From a virus (taxonomy: Duplodnaviria; Caudoviricetes), in IMG/VR virus record IMGVR_UViG_3300021476_000005, positions 1 through 47,637 of that record: a DNA stretch of 47,637 nucleotides. One strand, written 5' to 3'. Shown in pieces: positions 15,485 to 24,457 of the stretch. The notes under the pieces were generated by a model. That model worked only from the letters and a program-made list of their open reading frames with translations. It was not told where the DNA came from and did not search any database. Both the position numbers and the translations under genes were made by a program. The stretch's first letter is position 1, and every line of letters starts with the position of its first letter.

Positions 15485-15796
15485 GTGGCTACCGTGTGGT
15501 TCATAGTCTCGTCGCCCGATTGGCCCGAGCAAGAGCTTCGCGAAGGCAAGTGGGTTGGCACAGAGAAGGTCACGACCACGTTGGGCGAAACATTCTACCT
15601 CTGTTCCATTTTGGACAAGACCGATAATGAAGTGTGGTCAGTTGCGGTTGAGCGTGTTTTTGCCACATATGACGAAGCCTGTGAAGCAGCTCAATTCATT
15701 GCCCGTGAAGCCGCGAGACGTTACAACGCTCCCAAGGGAGCCAAAGGGGTGGAGAGTGTGAGTCCCTCCACCATAGGAGACACCCAATGCTCATAA
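15485..15796 (+). CDS. Hypothetical protein
   Basis: GGAGGG RBS; operon packing. Confidence 0.6.
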   Translation: MATVWFIVSSPDWPEQELREGKWVGTEKVTTTLGETFYLCSILDKTDNEVWSVAVERVFATYDEACEAAQFIAREAARRYNAPKGAKGVESVSPSTIGDTQCS

Positions 15797-16161
15797 TTCT
15801 GCACGAGTTCCGCACAGGGGCCGAATTTGCCATTCGACCTATGGATATCGTGGGCTTCGAGGTCCAGGGGCCGAGGGTCATGCTGGCCCACGTTCACCCG
15901 TACCAAGCCCCACCGATTACGGTCAAAACGACCCACGGACCACAGGAGGTTCATGCACCGCTGCAAAACATTCTGCTCAACACCGAGGTCATCGAGACGG
16001 CGGACGAGATTCAGACCATGATGCTCGCGCTCGACAGATGGTGCACGGACAAACCAGTTGTCTCGCAGTTAGCCCGCTCGGCAGCGGCGATTGTTCGCGA
16101 TTCATCAGCGTCGCCGAGCTTTGGCAACGGGCCTCGGGGCGAAGGAGGCGAAACCTCATGA
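15787..16161 (+). CDS. Hypothetical protein
   Basis: AGGAG RBS. Confidence 0.65.
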   Translation: MLIILHEFRTGAEFAIRPMDIVGFEVQGPRVMLAHVHPYQAPPITVKTTHGPQEVHAPLQNILLNTEVIETADEIQTMMLALDRWCTDKPVVSQLARSAAAIVRDSSASPSFGNGPRGEGGETS

Positions 16162-16379
16162 CCGCCTATTGCACGTTCGTAGTGCCATTGACTGAGAGTT
16201 CTATATCGCGTTTTGGGTTAGGTCCCGAAGCTCTCAATCAGCCGTTTGAAGCTCAACTGGCCATAGCCCTCAACTACATGGCCAAGCGCGATTTCGACCT
16301 CGAAACTCTGCGGCGGGTTAGTGAAAAGCCTTTCTCGCTGCTAGTGATTATGAAACGGAAGGACAGAAAGGAGAATTAA
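16158..16379 (+). CDS. Hypothetical protein
   Basis: ATGA overlap and AGGAGG RBS. Confidence 0.6.
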   Translation: MTAYCTFVVPLTESSISRFGLGPEALNQPFEAQLAIALNYMAKRDFDLETLRRVSEKPFSLLVIMKRKDRKEN

Positions 16380-16383
16380 TCCT

Positions 16384-16995
16384 ATGGCCCGTTACTCAGA
16401 AAAGGACGTTCCGGATAGCTACTCATACCCCGCAGGCGCGGTCGAGCTTCAGATGCTTAGCGCTAAGCATTCGACCGAGGCTGAGCTGGACAAAGGCGAC
16501 CCGTTGCTCATCGAGGTGAAGTTCGAGATTCGCGCCCACAGCGGCGGCGCGAGTGCTGGCGCCAAGTACACCGAGCGGTTTCGACTCGGGACCAAAGAGG
16601 ACCCACGTGGTGAGAGTCCCATAACCCGCAAGGAATTCGCGCGAGCTGGTGGCAGTTGGCAACGGTGGCTCGATTTGACCAAAAAGAGCGGCGTGTTCAC
16701 CGGCGACACCGAGGAAGAGGTCGAGGCGCTCAACGCAGCCAAGCCCCTGGTGGTAGCTGACATGGAACGGCGCGAGGGCAAGGACCCCGTGACGAAGGTC
16801 CCCAACGGTAAGTTCTATAACTCGCTCATTCGGTACTACGAGGTGGGGAAGAAGGCCGTGGGGGGTGGGGCGGGTGCCAGCTCCGCTGGCAGCGACAAAA
16901 AGACTTGCCCCCAGTGCAACAAGGTGGTTCCGGCGAAGCTGTTCGACAGCCACATGAAACGGCACGAGCCGCTCGACAACGACGAAGAAGCGTAG
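16384..16995 (+). CDS. Putative ssDNA-binding protein (DUF669-like) with C-terminal C2H2-like finger
   Basis: YPAG...VKFEI...ERF...YNSL pattern, Gly-rich linker, CPQC...HMKRH and acidic tail; Sak4-module context. Confidence 0.6.
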   Translation: MARYSEKDVPDSYSYPAGAVELQMLSAKHSTEAELDKGDPLLIEVKFEIRAHSGGASAGAKYTERFRLGTKEDPRGESPITRKEFARAGGSWQRWLDLTKKSGVFTGDTEEEVEALNAAKPLVVADMERREGKDPVTKVPNGKFYNSLIRYYEVGKKAVGGGAGASSAGSDKKTCPQCNKVVPAKLFDSHMKRHEPLDNDEEA

Positions 16996-17007
16996 GAGGA
17001 TACTAAT

Positions 17008-17295
17008 ATGACACAAATGGTTCCAGTTGACATTTACATCGAAGGCCGCAAGGCAAGCAACCCAACCCAGCTCGGCACGATTGTCAACGAATTCACCATG
17101 AAGCGGCTGCACAGCCAGATGGTGGTCGTGGGGACGAGCGTTTGGGTCCTCGGCCTTCGGCGCCAGGCCATTCCAATGGAGATGCCGGACGAGGGTGCCG
17201 CAGACCAGACCAACCAGTTCGTGAAGCGTTGTGAGGCACAGGCAGTGGCAGAAGAGGCTGAGGTTGAAGTTGGTGAGTCCGAACCCAATGCCTAA
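17008..17295 (+). CDS. Hypothetical protein
   Basis: AGGAGG RBS. Confidence 0.65.
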   Translation: MTQMVPVDIYIEGRKASNPTQLGTIVNEFTMKRLHSQMVVVGTSVWVLGLRRQAIPMEMPDEGAADQTNQFVKRCEAQAVAEEAEVEVGESEPNA

Positions 17296-20014
17296 TTCTG
17301 TCGCCGATACCTGCCCACATTATCCACGCGGAGTGCCCAATGGGCACTGCTGCGGGGCCGAGATAGTGCTCGTGGGCGAAGCCCCTGGCGAAGCCGAGGC
17401 TGACCAGGGGCTTCCATTTGTGGGACCAGCGGGCTGGTTGCTGGACAATGTGCTCGCCGAGGCGAGGTTAAGTCGTCATGATGTCTATGTCACAAATGTC
17501 CTCTCTCACCGCCCTGCTGCTTTTTCTAACGATATTAAGCTGGTGGATAGACGAACTCTCGCTGCTGCGGCAGTTCAATTGGTGGAACGGTTACGTTCTC
17601 GGTTTGCAGATGTTCATCCTCGTGTGGTCGTGCCTGTTGGTGGGACAGCTCTCTATGCGCTAACGGGCAAGGGAGGGATTCAGAAGTGGCGCGGGTCGAT
17701 TATCGAGGCCCCCGCGCTGTGGGATGGGCAAAAGGCCATTCCCTCGCTCCACCCTGCGGGTGTGATGAGAACCCCATCGCTGGTCAAAACGCTCATCGCC
17801 GATTGGAAGAGAATCGCGGGGGACCGCAAGTTCCCTGAGCTACGCTTGCCACAGTGTAACTGGGTTATTTACCCGAGCGAAGCCGAGGGGCGGGAGTTTG
17901 AGGAGCAGGTGCGAGCGGCTCCAAACACTCCGCTGTTCCTTGACATCGAAACTGGCCGTGACCACCGAATTCTCTGCGTGGGCTTTAGCCTCGACGAGAC
18001 GACAGCGGTGACGTTTATGTGGCCAGCGGACCGCGCTCGTATTAAGCGGCTGTGCGAAAGCCCCAATCCCAAAGGTGGGACGAACTTGATGTACGACATC
18101 TGGCACCTTTGGTCTTACGGGGTGGGCGTGACGAACTACTTGTGGGACGTAGCGTGCATGTTCCATTGCCTTGACCCCAACGCAGGTCCGACAACGAAGG
18201 CCAAGGGCAAAGGTGGGAGTGACGGCGGGGAGCAATCCCGCATCCGCTGTTACAGCCTCGGTTACATGGCGTCGTTGTTCACCCGCCTGCCGTACTGGAA
18301 AGATGACCCCAAGGACGATGGCGAGGGCAGCCGGGTACGGGACAGCGAGACGTGGTGGCGGGATTTTCTCACCTACAACGGCAAAGACAACACAGGAGCC
18401 TATGGGATTTATGTTCAGCTTCGTAAGCTATTGGCCAACTGCAATCGTCTCACTACATATCATCGATTGTATTCTAGTCTATTTGACCCTCTCGTTCGCC
18501 TTATGCTTCGCGGGGTGTGTATTGATGTTAGAGCTGCTGAGGAGAAGTTCGCGGGCCTCAAGGGCGAGGTCGTCGCTGCCCGTGCCCGAGCCGAATCGCT
18601 GGCGGGACGGCCACTTCATAGCATTGTTACCGGAGCCGAGTGGTGGGAGTGTGGGAAGTGTAAAGGGAAAGGCGGAACCCCAACCCGTCACAAATCCCCA
18701 ACCTGTCCCAAAGGTGGTGAGACTCGACGACTGGCGCCCAAGGTTATTGAAGGAGTAAGCCTCTCCAATGACAAGCTAAAGGAGTATCTCTATGGGCCAA
18801 AACGTGAAGGCGGCTTGGGCATTTCTGCACGGACCAAACAGGGGCGGCCAACCGTTGACGAAGCGGCTTTGCGAACTCTGCACCTTACTCAAGGTGGCCT
18901 TTGCACTGACGTTATTGGTGCGATTCTGGAGGTCCGGCGAAAGGAAAAGCTTAGCTCTTTCATTGCGCCAGGGGTTGCCGATTCCGATGGGCGAATACGC
19001 AGTCAGTATAAGCAACTGGTCTCGACCGGTCGGCTCAGCAGCTCCCGCAACCCTGGTGGAACTGGGGCGAATCTACAGAACACCGACGCCGAGCTGATGT
19101 ATTTGCTCAAGCCTGCGCCAGGGAAGATTTTCCTGCGAGTTGACTTGTCACTGGCCGAAGACCGCGTTGTGAAAGTGCTCACGGGCGTGCCACGGCTCAT
19201 CGACGAAGCTCGTCGGTTGCCGGCGGAGTTCGATAGTCACACCGAGTTTGCCGCGAAGCTGTTCACGGTAATTATCGGCCATTCTGTGCGACCGGTCAAG
19301 GGCCACGGTGACGACGAAGTTAGCTTCGAGCGCCGGTATCTGGGCAAGCGAGGCCGTCACGCACGCAACTATGGCATGACCGAAATGAAGCTCGCGGAGA
19401 TTATCGCCAAAGAAGGGCCTGAGTTGGGGATTACACGGGTTGTGGGAGTAGACGAATGCAAGAAAATCCTCGATGCCGTTGATGCCGTGACGCCCGAGGT
19501 CGAGACCCACTTTCAGCGGCCCATCCGCGACATCGTGCGCGACAGCGGCAAGCTGGTCAATAGTTGGGGGGCGGAAATTGATTTCTCGGTCGAGTACCGC
19601 TTTGCCCGCTTTCTGGGGCCGCGAGGCGAAAGCTTTCGATGGGAAGTGTTTCGGCGGGCCTACGCCTGGATGCCGCAGAGCGAAGTCGGTCGCTTGATGA
19701 ACCAGTGGGGGCTGATTCCCCTACAGGAGTGGATTGATGAGAATGAAATGGATACCGAAATTAACCTCCAGCGGCATGACGAGCTGGTGGTCAGCGTTGC
19801 CCCCGACCTCGCCTATGAGACAGCTTCTTTTCTGGTTGCTGGTCTGGAGCGCCCTCGTGCTTACCGGCTCGGTGGCAATCCGGCTGTTGAGCTGACAATT
19901 CCCGTAGAACTTGCGTTTGCGCGGGACGGTGGTAAGGCGGGGATGTTGGAATTTAAGCAACTGCCCAAGCGGGCCGTGTTTGAAAGGAAACTTGAACAAT
20001 GGTTAAGCGAGTAG
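17288..20014 (+). CDS. polA: DNA polymerase family A with N-terminal uracil-DNA glycosylase (family 4-like) domain
   Basis: UDG motifs VGEAPG, PFVGPAG, VYVTNV, HPA. Exonuclease motifs DIET, NLMYD, YNGKD. Polymerase motifs TGRLSS, NLQN, DLSLAEDR (A), RYLGKRGRHARNYG (B), HDELV (C). Start ATG 17288 chosen. Confidence 0.95.
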   Translation: MPNSVADTCPHYPRGVPNGHCCGAEIVLVGEAPGEAEADQGLPFVGPAGWLLDNVLAEARLSRHDVYVTNVLSHRPAAFSNDIKLVDRRTLAAAAVQLVERLRSRFADVHPRVVVPVGGTALYALTGKGGIQKWRGSIIEAPALWDGQKAIPSLHPAGVMRTPSLVKTLIADWKRIAGDRKFPELRLPQCNWVIYPSEAEGREFEEQVRAAPNTPLFLDIETGRDHRILCVGFSLDETTAVTFMWPADRARIKRLCESPNPKGGTNLMYDIWHLWSYGVGVTNYLWDVACMFHCLDPNAGPTTKAKGKGGSDGGEQSRIRCYSLGYMASLFTRLPYWKDDPKDDGEGSRVRDSETWWRDFLTYNGKDNTGAYGIYVQLRKLLANCNRLTTYHRLYSSLFDPLVRLMLRGVCIDVRAAEEKFAGLKGEVVAARARAESLAGRPLHSIVTGAEWWECGKCKGKGGTPTRHKSPTCPKGGETRRLAPKVIEGVSLSNDKLKEYLYGPKREGGLGISARTKQGRPTVDEAALRTLHLTQGGLCTDVIGAILEVRRKEKLSSFIAPGVADSDGRIRSQYKQLVSTGRLSSSRNPGGTGANLQNTDAELMYLLKPAPGKIFLRVDLSLAEDRVVKVLTGVPRLIDEARRLPAEFDSHTEFAAKLFTVIIGHSVRPVKGHGDDEVSFERRYLGKRGRHARNYGMTEMKLAEIIAKEGPELGITRVVGVDECKKILDAVDAVTPEVETHFQRPIRDIVRDSGKLVNSWGAEIDFSVEYRFARFLGPRGESFRWEVFRRAYAWMPQSEVGRLMNQWGLIPLQEWIDENEMDTEINLQRHDELVVSVAPDLAYETASFLVAGLERPRAYRLGGNPAVELTIPVELAFARDGGKAGMLEFKQLPKRAVFERKLEQWLSE

Positions 20015-20520
20015 GTCTGGACATTGATGGGGTTCTGGCCAATTTTGGCAAAGCTTTCGCGGTCAAAGCGCAGAGCATGGGACTGGACATTGGCGTTCGA
20101 GCTGACCGCTGGTACTACCAGGATAAGTGGATGCAGCGTAGCAACGAGACCGTTACCAAGGTCTGGAATGAGGTGAAAGCTTCAGCCAGTTTTTGGTTGT
20201 CCCTAGAGACATTCGATGAGGATGAGTGGTTAGTCAACTCACCGATCGTTTACATCACAGCTAGGCCCATTGATTCACGGTTCACGGTTAGGTGGCTGGA
20301 TGTGTTGAAATTCCCACCGGCTCCCGTGGAGACGGTCGATTATTATGCTGATAAGATACCAGCAATGAACAAGTACAAACTCGACACGTTCGTCGATGAC
20401 CATATCGAAGCGTTTGAGCTGTACCGAAGGCACGGCTTCAATTGCCTGCTCATGGACCGCCCGTGGAACCGAAGCTATGATACTCGCCACCGCATTTACA
20501 GCGTCAACGAAGCGTGGTAA
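19999..20520 (+). CDS. HAD-superfamily 5'(3')-deoxyribonucleotidase (NT5C-like)
   Basis: LDIDGVLANF, YITAR, K, FVDD, PWN. Confidence 0.88.
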   Translation: MVKRVGLDIDGVLANFGKAFAVKAQSMGLDIGVRADRWYYQDKWMQRSNETVTKVWNEVKASASFWLSLETFDEDEWLVNSPIVYITARPIDSRFTVRWLDVLKFPPAPVETVDYYADKIPAMNKYKLDTFVDDHIEAFELYRRHGFNCLLMDRPWNRSYDTRHRIYSVNEAW

Positions 20521-20529
20521 GGAGCAGCA

Positions 20530-20955
20530 ATGAAAATCTACAAGGACCTGACTCCATCGAATCTGTCGGCGGAACTGGCCAAAGCCCAGCGGCAGCAGTT
20601 TGATTCAGCCGCCATGCAGCAGTTCGACACCGGCGCAACTCGGGACGCCGACGCTGGTAAGCTGGACTACGAGGGGTTTCTGTCCCCTGCGGTGCTCCAG
20701 CGATTTGCCCAATACATGCACCAGCACCGTACGCAGGCCAATGGCCAGCTTCGTGACAGCGACAACTGGCAACGGGGGGTTCCACTCGCATCGTATCGCA
20801 AGAGCCTCATTCGGCACGTGGTCGAACTGTGGGGGCTGTGGCGGGGCGGGGCGGGGGGTGGTGCCCAGCAGGAGCTTCTTTGTGCGGTCATGTTCAATGC
20901 GATGGGGATGTTACACGAACTGCTCCGTGAGGGCAATCGTGACCCCTGGCGCTGA
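20530..20955 (+). CDS. DUF5664-type dATP/dGTP diphosphohydrolase
   Basis: FDTGATRD...GKLDY...LSP...NWQRG...SLIRH...AVMFN. Confidence 0.8.
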   Translation: MKIYKDLTPSNLSAELAKAQRQQFDSAAMQQFDTGATRDADAGKLDYEGFLSPAVLQRFAQYMHQHRTQANGQLRDSDNWQRGVPLASYRKSLIRHVVELWGLWRGGAGGGAQQELLCAVMFNAMGMLHELLREGNRDPWR

Positions 20956-22210
20956 GTCGATTGTCACCCTGTTCGAGCGGTTGGCTGGACCGTCGCTGCC
21001 GGTTCGGTTCATGCGCTGGCCCATGATTTCGGTGGTCGCGGCGGCTTTGGCCAATCGCACTTGGGTAGAGGTGAGAAGGGGCGGCTTTACCACCCACATC
21101 CGTCCTAACCTCTACACACTCATCGTGGGACCGAGCGGCGGGGCCAAGTCCCTGGGCATTCATTTTGCCCTCGACATGCTGAGGCAGTGCGAGGGCGTTG
21201 CCGACCGGCTTCGCCTCTACCCTGGCTCCATCACGGCCAAAGGGATGCTCGACCAAATGGTCCCCACGGCTTCGCACCCGCAGAACGACAAAATGTTCCT
21301 GGTCCAGGACGAGCTGGCCAGCGACATCGGCTCGACCCGCGAGACAGCGGACCCGTTCGTCAAGGTGCTGACCAAGATGTACTACCTGGAACCGTTCGAG
21401 GAAATGACTCGCACCAGTGGTCACACTGACCTTTCGCGCAACCGCTACGACAGCTTCGGGTATTGTCTCAACGTGCTGTGGGCAACGACACCCACGTGGC
21501 TGTTCGATTGCATTCCCGAAAACACCATCGACAGTGGATTTTGGCCGCGCGTCTGCACGATAATTGAATCCAACTGGTTGCGTCCCCGGTTTGACCCGCA
21601 AGCTGACCCACAGGCCGAAGCGACCAAGGCCGAAATTATCACCCGCCTCGAACAAATCATGTGGCTCGAAGGCCAGTTCGAGGTTCTGCCAGCGGCCTAC
21701 GAGTGGTTGCGCGAATGGTTCGAGGGGCGAGCTGACCCGACCACCGACACCGAGCGAGCTTATTTTGCCCGTGAGCGGGACTGGTTGGAAAAGCTCGCGA
21801 TGAACCACGTGGCGGCGACGCGGCGCGACGACGAGCTGGTCATCGACGTTGCGGACTACGAAGCTGCGGCGAAGCTCGTTGCCGACGCGGGTGAGAGTCC
21901 CAGGCGGTTTCTACGGGGCCGTGGCGTGGCGATGGGCCTGAGCGAGAAGCTCGCCGTGTCACCCAATGGGGCGACGAGGAGTGAAGTGCTAACGTGGGCG
22001 CACCGCCAGAACATGCGCAAGTACGATGTCGATGACACGCTGGACATGCTGATAGAAGCTGGTATGATTGTGAGCGAGGTCGTTCCAGGCCGAGGACGTG
22101 GGCGACCAATGACACGTTACCGTTGGGTCGGCGAGCCGACTCCACAAGGAGATGACAATGGAACAGGACAAACTCTTTCTAGTACGCCGAATAGTGGTTC
22201 GGACCATTGA
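20939..22210 (+). CDS. DUF3987/YfjI-like P-loop ATPase (putative replicative helicase) with C-terminal wHTH
   Basis: PNLYTLIVGPSGGAKS Walker A, LVQDEL Walker B, ATTP, SGFWPR, KLAM. Start GTG 20939 with GAGGG RBS preferred over 20600. Confidence 0.8.
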   Translation: MTPGAESIVTLFERLAGPSLPVRFMRWPMISVVAAALANRTWVEVRRGGFTTHIRPNLYTLIVGPSGGAKSLGIHFALDMLRQCEGVADRLRLYPGSITAKGMLDQMVPTASHPQNDKMFLVQDELASDIGSTRETADPFVKVLTKMYYLEPFEEMTRTSGHTDLSRNRYDSFGYCLNVLWATTPTWLFDCIPENTIDSGFWPRVCTIIESNWLRPRFDPQADPQAEATKAEIITRLEQIMWLEGQFEVLPAAYEWLREWFEGRADPTTDTERAYFARERDWLEKLAMNHVAATRRDDELVIDVADYEAAAKLVADAGESPRRFLRGRGVAMGLSEKLAVSPNGATRSEVLTWAHRQNMRKYDVDDTLDMLIEAGMIVSEVVPGRGRGRPMTRYRWVGEPTPQGDDNGTGQTLSSTPNSGSDH

Positions 22211-22403
22211 GGTCCGCGCCCCCGACGACGAGACAGCAGTGGGGATAGCTTTCGATACCCCCGACTGGAACATCGACGAGGTGTCGCTAGAGGTCATGGA
22301 AGTGGAAAGGTCAGTCCGCGATGACGAAGGTGGTGGCAACGAAGGGGACCACTTAGAGGATGCGGAGGATACCGAACCCGAGTGGGGTGATTCATGGCGA
22401 TGA
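22152..22403 (+). CDS. Small acidic protein
   Basis: AGGAG RBS; IEVRAPDDETAV motif; acidic C-terminus. Confidence 0.6.
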   Translation: MTMEQDKLFLVRRIVVRTIEVRAPDDETAVGIAFDTPDWNIDEVSLEVMEVERSVRDDEGGGNEGDHLEDAEDTEPEWGDSWR

Positions 22404-23665
22404 ACACAGCGCTAGTCATCGACAGCGGTTGGTACTGTGAGCTGGCGGCGACGCTGGCCCAGACTTTCGACCCCGTTTACTACTGGTCCCCGTGGCAGGG
22501 CGACTTTCCATATGCCCAAGACATTGCCCCAGGCGCTGGCCTCGAAGGCGTGACACGGGTGCGGGATCTGTGGGACGTGATGGACGAGGCGGACGTGGTG
22601 GTCTTTCCCGCCGACGGATGGGAAGATTTGCAGCTTTACCTTCGCCGCCGTGGCAAGGCTGTGTGGGGCAGTGGCAGGGGGACCGAACTCGAACATGACC
22701 GGCTGATGTTCAAGGACTATCTCAAAGTCTATGGCTTGCCCGTGGTGCCGTTCGAGGTGATTATCGGGGTGAACAAGCTCTACGAGACTTTGCGCGACCC
22801 CGAGTTCGATGGCTGGTTTGTCAAGCAGAGCCGAGGCTTTCGCGGTGACATGGAAACGTGGAGACATCGCAATTGGGAAGGTTCGAGATCGTGGTTCTAT
22901 GCAGTCGCCAAGCAGCTTGGGCCAATGGGTGACACGACGGTGTGGCTGGTCGAGCCACCGGTCGAAGGCTTCGAGGGTGGGTTGGACGACATCGCCATCG
23001 ATGGTGATGAAACTTCCACGGTCATCGTTGGGTACGAAATCAAAGACTCCTGCTATGTAGCAACGACGATGGCCCACGCGAGGTTGCCGAGGGTGCTGAG
23101 CGACAGCGCCGAAGCATTGCGTGGGTGGTTTCGCGACACGGGCTATCGAAACTTCTACTCGACTGAAGTCCGCATCGACGACCACGGAACCGCCTACTTC
23201 ATTGACCTCGCCGCCCGCTTTGGGTGGCCCCCAACGGCGAGCTGGCTGTGCAATTGCGAGAACTTGGGTGTGATTATCGAACACGGGGCGCACGGTGTGT
23301 TGGTTCCGCCAGAATTTACTAAATCCTTCATGGTCGAGCTGAACCTGACCAGCCCCTGGCTCGGCCACGAGGAGTGGCTAGAGGTCGAGATGCCCGCGTC
23401 GGTGCGACCGTGGGTCAAGCTGCACGGGGTCGCCCGCATGGGTGACACCTATTGGGTTCGGCCACAGCGTGGGCAGGGCGAGACAGGGTTTGTTGGCAGT
23501 GTCGTCGGCACTGCCGACACCTTCGACAAGGCCCGCAAGCTGTGCATCGAGCGGGCCAAGCTTGTCGAAGGCCACAAATTGGAGTATGATGAAGGGGACC
23601 TAGCAAAAGCGGAGCAAGAGATTGAAAAAGGAAACAAAGCCGGAATCAACTTCTTTGCGCATTGA
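22394..23665 (+). CDS. ATP-grasp ligase related to phosphoribosylamine-glycine ligase (PurD/GARS-like)
   Basis: VWGSG..GTELEHDRLMFKDYLKVYGLPV (GARS-like L-E-x-x-[KR]-x-x-x-K...G-[IL]-P), WFVK, LVEPPVEGFE, GYRNFYSTE, YFIDLAARFGWP (ATP-grasp E/D-x-N-x-R-F-G-x-P variant), VGSVVG. Confidence 0.8.
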   Translation: MAMNTALVIDSGWYCELAATLAQTFDPVYYWSPWQGDFPYAQDIAPGAGLEGVTRVRDLWDVMDEADVVVFPADGWEDLQLYLRRRGKAVWGSGRGTELEHDRLMFKDYLKVYGLPVVPFEVIIGVNKLYETLRDPEFDGWFVKQSRGFRGDMETWRHRNWEGSRSWFYAVAKQLGPMGDTTVWLVEPPVEGFEGGLDDIAIDGDETSTVIVGYEIKDSCYVATTMAHARLPRVLSDSAEALRGWFRDTGYRNFYSTEVRIDDHGTAYFIDLAARFGWPPTASWLCNCENLGVIIEHGAHGVLVPPEFTKSFMVELNLTSPWLGHEEWLEVEMPASVRPWVKLHGVARMGDTYWVRPQRGQGETGFVGSVVGTADTFDKARKLCIERAKLVEGHKLEYDEGDLAKAEQEIEKGNKAGINFFAH

Positions 23666-24248
23666 GCGGGGGTGGAAGTACCGAGCACAACGGCTCACGC
23701 TCGCCCAGCTCTACGATGCCCGAACGTGCTTCTGGGACATCGAATCGAGCGGCCTCAAGGGTAACATCGATATGATGTTTTGCGCGGCGGTCAAGCCAAT
23801 GGACAAGAAGCCCAAGGTCTTTCGCATCGGCAAGACCATCGACGGCGACCGAGAGCTTTGCGAAGCGGTGCGCAATGAACTGGAGAAGTACGAGATTATC
23901 GTGCACCACTATGGCGACCGCTTTGACCTGCCGTTTCTCCAGACCCGCCTGCTCGGGCACCACGCGCGGCTGCTCAATTGCTCGAACAAGGTGTTTTGCG
24001 ATACGTGGTGGGTGATGAAGAAGCGCTTTTTGTTCCACTCCAATCGGCTCGCGGTACTCATTGACCACCTCGGTACGCCGACGCACAAAGTCGGAACCAT
24101 TGGGGGAATATGGACCCGCGCCGCGTGTGGCGACCGAAAGGCCCTGGGCCAAATCGTCGAGCACAACATTGCCGATGTCGTGGCACTGGAAGAAGTCGCC
24201 AAAGAACTGGCCCGGACCCAAGGGCTGAAATTCTGCTACTGGAAGTAG
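23622..24248 (+). CDS. DEDD/RNase H-like 3'-5' exonuclease (RNase_H_2/YprB-like)
   Basis: FWDIESSG, HHYGDRFDLPFL, DTW, SNRL, HNIADV. Confidence 0.88.
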   Translation: MKKETKPESTSLRIERGWKYRAQRLTLAQLYDARTCFWDIESSGLKGNIDMMFCAAVKPMDKKPKVFRIGKTIDGDRELCEAVRNELEKYEIIVHHYGDRFDLPFLQTRLLGHHARLLNCSNKVFCDTWWVMKKRFLFHSNRLAVLIDHLGTPTHKVGTIGGIWTRAACGDRKALGQIVEHNIADVVALEEVAKELARTQGLKFCYWK

Positions 24249-24256
24249 GCGCGATT

Positions 24257-24454
24257 ATGGACGGTTACATTCTCCAGCTCGTTGCGCTTGTTGTGTTCAT
24301 GTGCGGTTACGGCCTAATACGCCAGGACGGTCCCAGATGGTTGCATAGTGACATTCAGCCTATCTGCGGACTTTTCATTTGCTTTGTCGCTGCCTGGCTA
24401 CTCTACCACGGATTTACCCTGACGGAATTTGGGACCTGGCAGTTGCCGTGTTAG
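24257..24454 (+). CDS. Small two-TM membrane protein (last + strand gene)
   Basis: Two hydrophobic segments; converges on the giant gene's stop at 24458. Confidence 0.55.
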   Translation: MDGYILQLVALVVFMCGYGLIRQDGPRWLHSDIQPICGLFICFVAAWLLYHGFTLTEFGTWQLPC

Positions 24455-24457
24455 TGG

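Noticed and set aside
20600-20938. N-terminal extension of the DUF3987-like ORF as a primase domain
   Set aside because: It overlaps the DUF5664 gene almost entirely in another frame and has no primase motifs. A better start with an RBS exists at 20939.
19999-23665. Known Z-genome (PurZ) or 7-deazaguanine pathway
   Set aside because: The ligase has ATP-grasp/PurD motifs rather than adenylosuccinate-synthetase motifs, and no DpdA, QueC, QueD, QueE or FolE genes were recognised.
6283-24454. Integrase, repressor or tRNA genes (temperate lifestyle)
   Set aside because: No recombinase motifs, CI-like HTH-peptidase or cloverleaf sequences were recognised by eye. A tRNAscan and HMM run would be needed to exclude them fully.
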